Below the pieces are notes generated by a model, which did not search any database, was not told the origin of the DNA, and saw only the letters and a program-made list of their open reading frames with translations. Positions 47,605-58,360 of a stretch of DNA of 64,000 bases are shown one piece after another. A program made the translations under genes and the position numbers. Source of the DNA: Epithemia pelagica (Eukaryota > Protista > Bacillariophyta); contig OX337229.1 of NCBI GenBank assembly GCA_946965045.2, forward strand, positions 5,022,001 to 5,086,000. The letters are read 5' to 3'. Each line of letters starts with the position of its first letter. Within the stretch, counting starts at the first letter, position 1.

Positions 47605-48873
47605 TTAGGACTCCTTGCTTTCTTCATCCTTGGAGTCTTTAGTCTTGGGGAAACGGTCGGGCATCAGCAGCATCATGAAGTTCTGTTGTTGCATCATCAT
47701 TTGATGTTGCATCTGGATCATCTGCTGCTGCATCTGGTCAGCTCGCAACCTGTTCGATGCCTTGTCGGCCTGCAACTCCTTGTACTGTCGCTGTTCGCGG
47801 TCTCGACGTTCCTGTTTGCGCTCACGACGCTCAGCTCTTTCGATCTCCTCGTTCTCCTGTCTCTTAGCTTGAGACACAAGCATATATTCAAGGATGTCGC
47901 TGTCATGTTTGCGGTCTTTTTTCTTGCGTTTCTTCGTTGACGAACGAAGAGCGGTTGTAGCCATACCGATTTCTTCCTTTGCCTTGGGGGTCTTTGCTTC
48001 CGCAGCAGGTTTCTTGTCGTCATCATCCTCTTCGTCTTCATCTTCATCTTCATCTGATGATGATGAAGATGACAAAGAAAAACCAATATCCTTGCTTCCT
48101 GACAGTTCACCTGCATCGCATTTCTGTTGAATGGCGATCATCAGGTGCTTGGCTTCCTTTACCTCATCCGGACAGTCCGGGTCACCTGTAGGGGTTCTTC
48201 GGTTGTGTAAAGCGGCGAATCGACGCTTCGGTGATTCCTTGTCACGGGACCTCCCCTTGTCACTGAAAACGTCGTTGTATTGTTGCGTCACCCAGTCCCA
48301 ATCCTCCCCTCCACTGGGAAGCTTGTCACGGACGAGCTTCAAAAGATACATAGTTTCGTCGGTGATGAAATTTTTTCCGCGTGCTCGCCCAATACCGCCA
48401 TTTCCTTTCCCGGCTTTCGTGGTTGGAGGTTTCGGTGGCTTGGATGAGGTATTGTTGTTCGGTTGGTCTTGTTTCTTTTTCACCAATGTTGTTTTTTTGT
48501 TTGTTTTCTCCTTGACCGCTTGTTCCTTTCTCTGCTTCTTCAGGCGAGGCGATTCACGCCGTTCGAAGGGAGTGACTGTATTGATACCAGTCGTTTTTTT
48601 CGAAACCTTCTTCTGTTGTTGGCGACTCTGTTCACCAGCCGTAGGTTTGTCGTCGTCGCCCAACTCTTCGATTGTGTTTTCTTCGTCCTCCATTTCATTG
48701 ACTAGTTCCCAATCGTCTTCGTCCGAATGCTGTTCCTCTTCTTCGGGTTGGATGTGGTCGAGCCCTGGGAACGGCTGACTTGGACGCTGTGTTGGGACTT
48801 GCTACTCCATGACGGTCGGTTTGTGTTTCTCGAATGCCTTCGAAAGATCCTTCGTTGCGGAGGAGTTCGTCAT
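47605..48873 (-). pseudogene. Harbinger ORF2, Myb/SANT-like DNA-binding protein (nonsense at codon 24)
   Basis: GRARGKNFITDETMYLLKLVRDKLPSGGEDWDWVTQQYN...KRRFAAL...PTGDPDCPDEVKEAK. An in-frame upstream ATG at 48873 is followed by TAG at 48802-48804. Convergent with the transposase, as is typical for Harbinger. Confidence 0.85.
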
Positions 48874-49327
48874 GGTGGGATGTTGTTCGTGTTGGGGGGG
48901 GGGGTTCCATTGAAATTTCAAACGAGCATGGCAGTCGAACACACGGTTTCATAGGGGGGAGGACGCGTATATCGTATACGTGTATATATACATATATATT
49001 CTACGACTACGTTTGTGTTTACGAGAATTGTTCGTGAGACGGGGGGTTGGCTCGGACAAATTTTAGCGCTTTTCGATCTCAAACCTAAAATTTAATGGGT
49101 TATGAGGGCACCATTAAGTGCGTTTTTAGTTTAAGATTTTAGGTATAAGTATTGCAGTAGAGTCCCATTCTCAACGTTCGTGTGCGTCTGCGCGCTCACA
49201 AAACTCAAAACTGACTCACATCCCAACAAGAGCAAAAACCAAAAACAGAAACGGCAGCGAAAGATCGAGACGAAGGTTGAGATTGGACCTGTGAGGATTC
49301 AAAACTGCAAAAATCTCTTCCTACACG

Positions 49328-50392
49328 ATGAAGTTAAGAGGTCTTGTTTACCTTGCTTTGCCTTTGGGTATCAATGGTTTCGTCGCCAGGACATGCATTT
49401 CTACGCGCTCGGTCTCTTCGACGATTGACGACCTGATCGATGCACCCTCCATTGCTCCTCTTAGAGAAGAACCGATTGCACCTTTTCAATCTGTCTTCCT
49501 CTCAAAACAAGCAAATAGCAAGGGATTACACCTGTCCTCCAAGAATCTCGCTGATGACTCCAACAGCACGGCCAAATATTGGGACGCAACCCGCATCAGT
49601 GCCGTCATTACGTATGTTGCCTTGTTGGCCTTCATATTTGTCTCACCAGGCGCGATTGGAGATCCTGCGGACAATGAACTGATAGCCAAAATTGTGGCCG
49701 ACCCGTCAAATCCGGGAATCAACCCCTACTTCTACACGATTTTCAACTTGTTCACGACCATGCCAATTATCTTGGCTGCCGTCACCTGTCCACAAGCTTC
49801 CAGGGAAGGTCTTCCTCCCGCACCGTTTCTTTTGGCAAGTGCTGCAATTGGCTACTTTATCTACGGGCCGTATCTCATCTTTCGAAAGCAGCCTTTGGAT
49901 ACGGTTTCGCGTTCAGACTTGGGTTGGGTAACCCGCAATATTTTGGACAGCAGGGCTATGGGTGTATTCACGTTGGTGTTGACAATTTTGGCATTGCTAG
50001 CACCAGATGCTATCGGGGCCTACCAGGGTAAGCGTCGTGGTGAATGTCGTTCTTGGAATTGACGTGTCATGGCTAACATGCTTCTGTTTTCTTCATTGGG
50101 GGTGCCTGTGTGTCGTCATGGAAAAAATACTATGGATGCAGCGGATCCGGCGGGCACATGGCAAGAATTTGTGGCTCTCATGACATCGAGCAAGTTATGC
50201 GCTGTCAGTGCATTTGATCTTACAATCCTTTTCGGATTCATCATCAATTTGACAGCGAAAGATTATCAGCTTCGCAAGCCGGATGCAACCGCCGAAGAGG
50301 CTTTGAAGATTGCAGCTCTTACGGGACTCTGGCCTTATGTTGGCAGTGCAATCTACATGGTACTTAGACCCTCGCTTCCAGATGAAGCCTAG
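49328..50392 (+). CDS. Multi-pass membrane protein, probably plastid-targeted (cyanobacterial/plant DUF2834-like); 2 exons (intron 50028-50141)
   Basis: Signal peptide ending ING|FVA; several TM helices; PFLLASAAIGYFIYGPYL and SKLCAVSAFDLTIL motifs; a GT-AG intron restores the frame. Confidence 0.7.
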
Positions 50393-50462
50393 ACATCAAC
50401 AGATGATAACAGCATTCGTCTTGCTCTCCGAAAATTGAATGCCCAATCACATACCTATATTA

Positions 50463-50941
50463 GGCCGTTCCTTGATATTCTGCAAAAACAAAAGTTACGT
50501 CACAAAAAACCCGGAAATATGGCGTCAAATCCGGGTTCTACGCTGTTTCAGCTTTTGAGGCTGCAAAAGTTGGGTCCAACTTTTGCAGGCCGGCAAAAGC
50601 TGAACAGACATTAGGGATAGTGCTTTCTTCTTGCTAGTGTACATTGGGCCCTACAGAAACAAAAATGACGGTTTAGGATTTGAACGGCGCGCGTTCGACT
50701 CCAACGGTCCCCCTAACCTCAATGAAGAGGAAGACGGAACGTCCTCCTAATGTCTTACTTTGATAATTGTAGTATTCAAATCATCAAAGTGAATATGGGG
50801 ACTATTGGGGGCCTTGGGGGAAAAAGTGCGGTCATAGGTTTTGGTTTTGTAAATGCCAAAGGACGGCGTGTCGCGCAATTGTCTACAAAAAGGTGATGTC
50901 ATGTGTCGATTTTTGTTTTTGCAGAATATCAAGGAACGGCC
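50463..50941. mobile_element. Tourist-like (PIF/Harbinger-type) MITE, 479 bp
   Basis: 31-bp TIRs GGCCGTTCCTTGATATTCTGCAAAAACAAAA / TTTTGTTTTTGCAGAATATCAAGGAACGGCC with TSD TTA on both sides. Confidence 0.9.
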
Positions 50942-51071
50942 TTAGGAGGAGGAGTAATACAATGACCGTCAAATTTGTCTGCTTCCGAGTTCGGTTATGA
51001 CGTCACTCCTGTGGGCAGTAAAATCTTTTCGTGACTCGGAGCGATCTTTTCTCATCCTTTCGTTCGTCGCC

Positions 51072-53129
51072 ATGGGAATGGGAATGCGTGTCAAAGCAAA
51101 CGGCCAGGTATGGCGGAGCGCTTTCTTGTCGTTCCTTTTGACGGTGAACTTCCTTGCGATTTCGAACACTTATGGCTGGAGTCCTCCAGAACTCTTCGCA
51201 CACCGTAGAAGGAGGTTCCTCGGAACAAAGTACAAGAATGGGTACAACTCAGTGGCTGTCATGGCGCCCTTGCGCACGACCAGCCAAGGTTCTCAGGAAT
51301 GGGGAAATGAGACTGGGCCTGAGAAAAGTCAAATGACAAACTACGTTTTGGAATTTTTAAGGAAGAATGCTGGAGAAGATGACGGAGATGGAGAAGCAAG
51401 CAATGAATCACGGCATAACACTCATTTGGTGGCCATCCCAATGGAGAACTGCCATCAACTAATGTTGGAATTAGAGAGTATTCAGCGTGCAATTTTGTAC
51501 CATTGTCCTCTCCTGGTACATTCATGTATTCCACAGGCGACAACCAGACTACCACTGTTGTACGTCGCTGCCTCAGACAAAAGTTCCGCGACTACAAGTA
51601 AACTGTTTGCGATTGTGAATGAGGAAGTGACGAGAGCCCTCAACCCTAATTCCGGCGCAGATATCGATACTGGGCCCGAGGAGCCTCTGGTTCTTCGCTT
51701 CGAATCTCTTGATATAGAGGGAAACAGGAACAATGCGTTACATGCCGTTGCCAAAACAGAGAGTAGTACGAGACTTTTGGATTTAATCAAAGGAATTCAA
51801 CAACGCATTCACGAGGAAACTGGATGGAAAACCGAGCTACCCCCTGATCCCAACTCTGATGCATTTCGTCCGAGAGTCCCGTTCATGCGTCTACCGCGAA
51901 ACTGGGACGAGATACTTGCCGAGGAACATGGTGAGAAGTTCGAGGAAGGGGTTCTAATAGCGGACGAAGGAGGTAATGGAATATCTCCAATTCTTTGGTT
52001 TAAATGGGAACAAGACGACTTTGGAGATGCAAGAATGAGAGAGATTGCTGTTTATCAAGTACGCGATAACTATGAAGGTATGTACAATGAGCAAGCATTC
52101 TACCTTCCATCGCAGTCAGCAGAACTACCAATGGGCGGTGAAAACATGACCAAGCAAGAGATGGAATTTCAAAATTACCAAAATCAGCGAATGGCGGAGG
52201 CCGAACAGTTTTTACAAAGCGATGGTAATGAAATAAAACCAAACGACCAGGATCAAGATGATATTGTTTCCCAAATGACAAGAAATCGTTTGGAGGCTCT
52301 CTCCCCCACCCCTGATCGGAACAACGTTGAAGACAAAGCGAATCTCCAAGAAAATGATTCCATTCCAGTGGAAAGTTCAGAGCCAAAAGAGATTATTGAT
52401 GATTGGACTAGGGCACGAATGGATGATGTCATTGCTTCCCGGGCTGTAGTCAAGAGCCAGAACGAGTTAGCCCGGAAAATCAAGAAACCACCAATCGAAG
52501 AGAACGAGATATTTGCAAGGTATAAGAATGGGACACTTTTACCAAAGGCAGAGGAAGAAACAGTCGAAGAAATATTGCCTTCTTTTCCCAGTCGAGAATA
52601 CTGCTTTGGTTTCTGGAGAGTTCTTGCCTCTCCAACTGGGTTTGATGTAGAAGAAGGCGATTCGTCTCATTCAGATAATTTGATTCTGCGTGTGGAAGGT
52701 ACAACTGCGGGAGGTCCTATCTTGGACCAAGAAACACGACAAAAGGCGTCCGGTGGAACATGGAGACTCATGGAAGCTGGTGGAGAAGAGGATCCACGTC
52801 TCCTAATACGCCTCGTGATACCACCCAAAAAGGAAAGAGTCTTGGTTATGGAAGGCGGACTACAAAGGACATCCCTATCTTCACAGGACTTCTCGTTCGC
52901 TGGATCATCCTTTCGTATTCCCCAAGTTGAAAAACGAAAAGAGTTGGCTAGTAGTAGTGCTCTTTTGGAGGACCTTGTCCATTGCACTGGTAATGTGTGG
53001 ATTGAGGATGCCATCACCAAAGCCAACAAGCAGGATATTGGTACTTTCTCACTTGTCAAAATAAACACACCGCGAAACCCGGATTCCTACACCATAACTG
53101 TCCCACGTCCAGTTCGCAATCAGGATTGA
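51072..53129 (+). CDS. Hypothetical protein (signal peptide, AKAP7/2H-phosphoesterase-like N-domain, unknown C-domain)
   Basis: Hydrophobic leader ending TYG|WSP; THLVAIP...LESIQRAILYHCP...TRLPLLYV...FRPRVPFMRL follows the AKAP7-like 2H layout. The domain call and start are tentative. Confidence 0.6.
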   Translation: MGMGMRVKANGQVWRSAFLSFLLTVNFLAISNTYGWSPPELFAHRRRRFLGTKYKNGYNSVAVMAPLRTTSQGSQEWGNETGPEKSQMTNYVLEFLRKNAGEDDGDGEASNESRHNTHLVAIPMENCHQLMLELESIQRAILYHCPLLVHSCIPQATTRLPLLYVAASDKSSATTSKLFAIVNEEVTRALNPNSGADIDTGPEEPLVLRFESLDIEGNRNNALHAVAKTESSTRLLDLIKGIQQRIHEETGWKTELPPDPNSDAFRPRVPFMRLPRNWDEILAEEHGEKFEEGVLIADEGGNGISPILWFKWEQDDFGDARMREIAVYQVRDNYEGMYNEQAFYLPSQSAELPMGGENMTKQEMEFQNYQNQRMAEAEQFLQSDGNEIKPNDQDQDDIVSQMTRNRLEALSPTPDRNNVEDKANLQENDSIPVESSEPKEIIDDWTRARMDDVIASRAVVKSQNELARKIKKPPIEENEIFARYKNGTLLPKAEEETVEEILPSFPSREYCFGFWRVLASPTGFDVEEGDSSHSDNLILRVEGTTAGGPILDQETRQKASGGTWRLMEAGGEEDPRLLIRLVIPPKKERVLVMEGGLQRTSLSSQDFSFAGSSFRIPQVEKRKELASSSALLEDLVHCTGNVWIEDAITKANKQDIGTFSLVKINTPRNPDSYTITVPRPVRNQD

Positions 53130-53366
53130 TTCGACGGTAATATACATCATGAGACGAGAGCAATCCACGTTATCGATGTTTTGAAACGTATGGTTCACCA
53201 ACACAGTCACCCGTTTGTGCTGGCTGGGAGCAAGTCTCTGCTCCGTCAACATTAGATCTTTGTCTCATGGCAATGATATCTAATGAGAAATGATGCTGAT
53301 GCTTTATAGAATTCGTTCCTATTCGCAATAGTTCAAACGGCACATGTACAAAGATTCTCTCTTCAA

Positions 53367-54199
53367 TTACGTGAGCATGTCGTCAACACCGGGGAAGTAG
53401 TCGGCAATGAACGGTGGAAGTTCAGCTTCCAATCCATTCAAGCTTTTTCCCAGCATATAAAGGTGAACAACCGCCCTTTCCACTTCCTTCGGTCCCGCGC
53501 ACCATAACTCAACTCGCTGGGAACTCAAAAGAGCACTCTCACCTTTCCTCCATTCATCGTCAGGGCCAGACTTGAAGGTGTCCATTTGCTGCTGAATCTG
53601 TTCCTTCAAGGCAAAATATTCTTCCAGGTCCTTTTGCTTTTGAACATCATTCTTCCACTCTGGTTGATCTTCATCTAAATGGGGATATTCTGGATCAAAA
53701 CCAGGAGACCGAAAGCGTGCAACCGTGTACTTGTCCCAGTCGGTTGCAAGATAGGCCTTGGCTGCCTCCACACGGGCCTCCGATATGGTCCCATTCAAAT
53801 CACGAAACCTCCCTGTGTGAATCATGAAGCGCAGGACATCTTGGATGGTCCAGTCCAAACTGGCCACAACTGCGGGTGCCGCGTTCTCCGTAGTACGCAT
53901 CTGAAACGGCATTTTGGGGTTCAACATTGTAATTAGTTCGTAGTTTTGGCTGTACCATTTCCTGTGAAGACGGTTTAATGCCAAATATATTTAGAAAAGG
54001 AATTGGAGAGAGAAACAAAGTCTTCCGATCCTAACATCTCCTCCGATCCAAACATCTCCTCCGATCCAAACATCTCCTCCGATCCAAACATCACAGCATG
54101 CGATATCACTTACATCACCCCACGGGAAGAGGGGGATTCAGGGCATCCGAAGAATCGCAAATATGCAAGATGTCGTGATAGATTAGCTTTCCAGGACAT
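53367..54199 (-). CDS. NDUFA2/CI-B8-like (L51/S25/CI-B8 fold) protein with long C-terminal extension; 2 exons (intron 53962-54113)
   Basis: Spliced N-terminus MSWKANLSRHLAYLRFFGCPESPSSRGVMKWYSQNYELITMLNPKMPFQMRTTENAAPAVVA resembles complex I B8 (W...LSR.L..LR...C..SP.S...NY..L..LNPK.P..R). Confidence 0.78.
54024..54095. repeat. 18-bp minisatellite x4 (TCCGATCCAAACATCTCC) inside an intron
   Basis: Four tandem units read directly from the sequence. Confidence 0.95.
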
Positions 54200-54692
54200 G
54201 TTGAATACAAAAGACTGGATTCAATGAGGCAAACAAACGATATTCTCTTCTTGAAGAGCAACGATCCGACAACGGTCTTCGCACCACACAACGAGAGCGT
54301 TTGACTGAGGCTGATCGAGATAGATGTAGACTTGACGTTTTTGGTTTTTGGCTTTTTCCCATTTCTCTTTTCGTAAAAAAGGATGAAACTTCTGAAATTC
54401 ACCGCCCCCAATTTACATGACAGCCTACCCCCCTTTGTGTTGCTGTCAGCAGCTTTTATTTTTCCCATTTTCTTTTCCTTGAGGCGACGACGTTGTTGTT
54501 GTCTTCAAAGAAATCGGTAACTTCGAGAGCCATTCATCCTCTTCGTCTCGTGGCAGATAAGTTTTTGATCGTCACCTGTGGGTCCGCTTCTTCTTGAAGC
54601 CATTGAATGATAAAGTCTGCAGCAGCAACAATTCACTGAGTTGAAGAACACCGTCTGTGAATGTGGAGTCGTCGTACTTAACAAGAAACGAA

Positions 54693-57600
54693 ATGGTGGC
54701 TCTCCAGAGACGCCTCACAGAGAAGTTCCCTACAATCCATGTCCTTTTATTTATTGAGCTGCTTGCGCTGCACATGCCGCTATGTAAAGGATACGTTCAT
54801 CCAATCCTGCCATGGAGTCCGCAACACCGACCTCCGACTCTTCGCACAGGGGCCCCTCTGTCTGTAGTCACTGATGAGAAAAACATTCATGTGAACGGCG
54901 ACCTCAATGGTTTCTATGTGAATGGTGCATCCCATTCTCTTGACGAAAAGGCGCCTGTAGTCTCAGACGAAACGGAACAAGAAAGTGAATTCGACAAGAC
55001 AGTCATATCAAATGATTCTCCACCGGAAGTTGCACACTGGACGGAGATTATGAGTGACGGTTTTGCCATGGACGCTTCTAACTCAACAGCTTTTCTGGAC
55101 GCTGTGCTGAATGATTATGACTTGAAACAAATCGAGAACTACTGGGATAAACTCATGCCTGTTGTCAGCTATTTGGGAACGGACTCAGCGGGCAAGGTAT
55201 ACCAAGCGTTGTGTGTTGCATACCGGGCACACCAAGGTCAAATGCGAAAATCAGGGGAACCATTCATCATTCACCCCGTCGAAGTGGCCCTCCTCCTCTC
55301 TGGCTTAAAAATGGATGGAGACACTGTTATCGCCGGTCTTCTTCACGATACTGTGGAAGATACAGAGTTGACTTTTTCTCAAGTGGAAGCTCTCTTTGGA
55401 AAGACCGTTCGGACCATTGTCGAAGGGGAGACAAAAGTCTCCAAGTTACCAAAATTGGCGTTTACGGATTCCCATGACGAACAAGCTGAGAATCTAAGGC
55501 AAATGTTCATTGCAATGACAGAGGACTACCGCATCATCATTGTTAAGTTGGCGGATCGGCTTCACAATATGAGAACTTTGCAATATATGAAACCACAAAA
55601 GCAAATCAAAATATCAAGAGAAACCCTAGATATCTTTGCGCCCTTGGCTCATCGTATGGGAATATGGCAATTTAAGTCAGAGCTTGAGGATACCGCATTC
55701 ATGTACCTCTATCCCCAGGAATACAAGCGACTGAGCCGTCGGTTGCACCAACACCAAAACAAATACAAGGAAACTCTGGAGGTGTCGCAACGAATCCTTA
55801 AAGATCAATTGTTGCGCGATCAGACTCTTGCTCAACAAGCCTCAAAAGTGGAGGTGTTTGGAAGAACCAAGGAGATTTATTCTCTTTGGCATAAAATGGA
55901 AACAAAAGGGGAGCACAATCTCGATCACATTGTCGATGTCGTAGCTTTGCGAGTCGTTATTACACCCTTTGTTCCGTCTTCGGCATCTAATAGAACTGAT
56001 GACCAGATCAACATGGACCGTGGTGTATGGGTGAGTTGGACAATCACTAATTACCGAAAACTCCGCCCTCCAGATTCCGGACTAACATATTGTTCCTGTC
56101 AGCTTTGTTACCATGTTCTTGGTCTAGTTCAGCATCTTCCAGGTTTCCAGCCCGTCCCAACGCGTGTGAAGGACTATATAAGCTTTCCCAAACCTAATGG
56201 ATATCAGAGTCTCCATACGGCATTGATTCTTAATGGCCAGACAATCGAAGTGCAGATCAGAACAAATTCAATGCATCAAGTTGCAGAGTATGGTATGGCT
56301 AGCCACTGGGCTTATAAGGACCAGAAACGGTGGCGAGAGGGCAAAGAGGAACTTTATAATACACCTTGGCTCTTGTCGATTAAAGAGTGGCAAAACGACA
56401 TGATAAGCTCTCGTGATTTTGTCGATAGTGTCAGAAGAGAGCTGCTTGGAAAACGCGTCTTTGTATTTTTGAGGAATGGGAAGATTCTCAATCTTGCCCG
56501 AGGGGCAACAGTCATCGATGCAGCATTTCAAATTCACACGGAAATCGGTCTCAACATGCACGGTGTTGAAATAAATGGAAAACCAGTTCCATTCTCGTAC
56601 GAGCTCCAAAATGGAGACGTTGTGTACATTTTGACGGGGGAAGGAAAGCCTGCAACTGACTGGACGAGATTCGCAAAGAGCAGATCCACTAGATCAAAAC
56701 TTCGATCGTACTTTCGAGCCCGACAAAAAGAAAGTCTCCGGGAGGCTGGGAAGATTATCCTTATGGATTACCTTTGGATCCATGCACCTCTTATCGAGAA
56801 AGCCTCGTACCTTCCTTTCGATTTTCAAGTTCCCTCTAGGGTCGAAGACCTGGCAAGTTTCTTGCCCGGAAAAACTCAGTACTCGGAAGTTGACGACGTC
56901 CTCATTGCCCTTGGCAAGAATCACGACCGAGCATTTCTCCATACTGTCGTGTCTCAAATGTTTCAAGTTCCAAAGAAGCTCTTCATCTCTGCAGAGCACA
57001 AGCGTCAAGCTCACGTCCCAAGCAGTATAGTTGCAGCTGTGTACGAGAAACGCAAACGAGCAAATGATGCCGCTCAAGCAGCTGCCTCAGCCCAGAACAG
57101 TGGATCGGATGATACGACATCCGATCGGTCGCTCAAGCAATCTCTCACTCCATCGTGGGGCAGCCCCATACCATTGGGATCTATGTATTCGGTTGAATCG
57201 AGACTTGCAGGTCTAGATATTGGCTTTGAGTATGCAGACCCGGAGCACATATGCGAAGATTGCTTGCCCATATTCGGGGATGAAATTGTAGGTACAAGAC
57301 CACCGAACAGTGACTCCTTGACTACAGTTCACAGAGTTGGTTGCCCTCACGCCCAGAGAGCCATTAACCATGCGACGGCGACGCAAAGTATCAAATCCCT
57401 GGAGTCATCAATTAAAGAAAATTTAATTGGACCGCCACCGCGGAAACCTACCGACACCAACTATCGAATCGACAGCGTTTCGCTTCGTAATACTCAAGTT
57501 CATATCTGGAGCAAACGAGCTGCCACTGCTGCGAAGTATGTATTGAACACTCTTGATGTACCCGTGCGCTTGCACTGGTCAAACTTGGACGAAAGCAACG

Positions 57601-57848
57601 CAATGTTCATGTCCGAGATTGTGTTACACGCTGAAGACCGAAAGCTACTTTTAGCAGATTGTTCGGAGGTCGTTTCAGAGATGGTGGAGATCATCAAGAC
57701 GGGTAGTCAAACAAATGAAGAACATGCAACCCTTGTTTTTTTGGTGCGAGTTCCGTCGCTTGAAGACCTGCAAAGATTGATGGATCGACTGGGGCAGATT
57801 CGAAGCGTTCTGAGCGTTGAACGGAGGTTTGGCTCCGAGCTCGCATGA
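54693..57848 (+). CDS. RSH: Plastid-targeted long RelA/SpoT homologue (RSH), with an in-frame 72-nt intron at 56031-56102
   Basis: HD hydrolase HQGQMRKSGEPFIIHP, LLHDTVED and KLADRLHNMRT; synthetase GRTKEIYSL, DVVALRV, RVKDYISFPKPNGYQSLHT and EVQIRT; TGS; CEDCLPIFGD...HRVGC; ACT. Signal peptide ending CKG|Y. Confidence 0.95.
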   Translation: MVALQRRLTEKFPTIHVLLFIELLALHMPLCKGYVHPILPWSPQHRPPTLRTGAPLSVVTDEKNIHVNGDLNGFYVNGASHSLDEKAPVVSDETEQESEFDKTVISNDSPPEVAHWTEIMSDGFAMDASNSTAFLDAVLNDYDLKQIENYWDKLMPVVSYLGTDSAGKVYQALCVAYRAHQGQMRKSGEPFIIHPVEVALLLSGLKMDGDTVIAGLLHDTVEDTELTFSQVEALFGKTVRTIVEGETKVSKLPKLAFTDSHDEQAENLRQMFIAMTEDYRIIIVKLADRLHNMRTLQYMKPQKQIKISRETLDIFAPLAHRMGIWQFKSELEDTAFMYLYPQEYKRLSRRLHQHQNKYKETLEVSQRILKDQLLRDQTLAQQASKVEVFGRTKEIYSLWHKMETKGEHNLDHIVDVVALRVVITPFVPSSASNRTDDQINMDRGVWVSWTITNYRKLRPPDSGLTYCSCQLCYHVLGLVQHLPGFQPVPTRVKDYISFPKPNGYQSLHTALILNGQTIEVQIRTNSMHQVAEYGMASHWAYKDQKRWREGKEELYNTPWLLSIKEWQNDMISSRDFVDSVRRELLGKRVFVFLRNGKILNLARGATVIDAAFQIHTEIGLNMHGVEINGKPVPFSYELQNGDVVYILTGEGKPATDWTRFAKSRSTRSKLRSYFRARQKESLREAGKIILMDYLWIHAPLIEKASYLPFDFQVPSRVEDLASFLPGKTQYSEVDDVLIALGKNHDRAFLHTVVSQMFQVPKKLFISAEHKRQAHVPSSIVAAVYEKRKRANDAAQAAASAQNSGSDDTTSDRSLKQSLTPSWGSPIPLGSMYSVESRLAGLDIGFEYADPEHICEDCLPIFGDEIVGTRPPNSDSLTTVHRVGCPHAQRAINHATATQSIKSLESSIKENLIGPPPRKPTDTNYRIDSVSLRNTQVHIWSKRAATAAKYVLNTLDVPVRLHWSNLDESNAMFMSEIVLHAEDRKLLLADCSEVVSEMVEIIKTGSQTNEEHATLVFLVRVPSLEDLQRLMDRLGQIRSVLSVERRFGSELA

Positions 57849-58360
57849 AAGATCTCGGCATAGTCCTGATGAAGCCACAATCTCCGTTTTGAGCAGAGGA
57901 CTGATGAGCCGGACCATGGAGCCAGCCTATCTCTACCAATTTTGCGAAATGGTCCAATTTGACTTTCGTTATGATGGGCAACCTAGAATCGGCACGCGTC
58001 ACGCACTACGCAATGACTTCTCTTGACATGAACGGTTTTTCTCAAACGCTCGAAATCGGCTTTGAACTTATAATCACCCTTTAGACAGCATCTATGCTAC
58101 CATTTGGTGGTTGACTCATTATTGACAAAAGATATTGGCGAACTACTGCCTGTATCGTCACCCCCGAACTGTGAATAGCTTCAGTGCTTGCACCTACAAA
58201 GAACGTGTAATTCTCGATTGCGCCACGTTGAAGCACTTGTGGGCACGGGTTCAATATGACAGCATCGATAGGGATCTCATCACGAGGCTTCCGCTTAGTC
58301 TCCGATGAAAAAGCTTGTTCACCATTCATCCGATGAGAGGGAGGACAAGTCAAAGAGATT

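Larger units (their letters stand above)
30823..49166 (+). mobile_element. PIF/Harbinger DNA transposon carrying three nested insertions
   Basis: Perfect 18-bp TIRs GGGACTCTACTGCAATAC (30823-30840) and GTATTGCAGTAGAGTCCC (49149-49166), with a 3-bp TSD ATT on both sides. It holds a convergent DDE transposase and Myb/SANT-like ORF2 pair. Confidence 0.93.

Noticed and set aside
50676-50702. B-box-like GTTCGACTCC / GTTCAAATCC suggesting a tRNA or SINE
   Set aside because: No A-box or cloverleaf; the sequence is part of a MITE hairpin.
54115-54775. Small minus-strand ORFs between the NDUFA2-like and RSH genes
   Set aside because: Short, no motifs, and located in a divergent promoter region.
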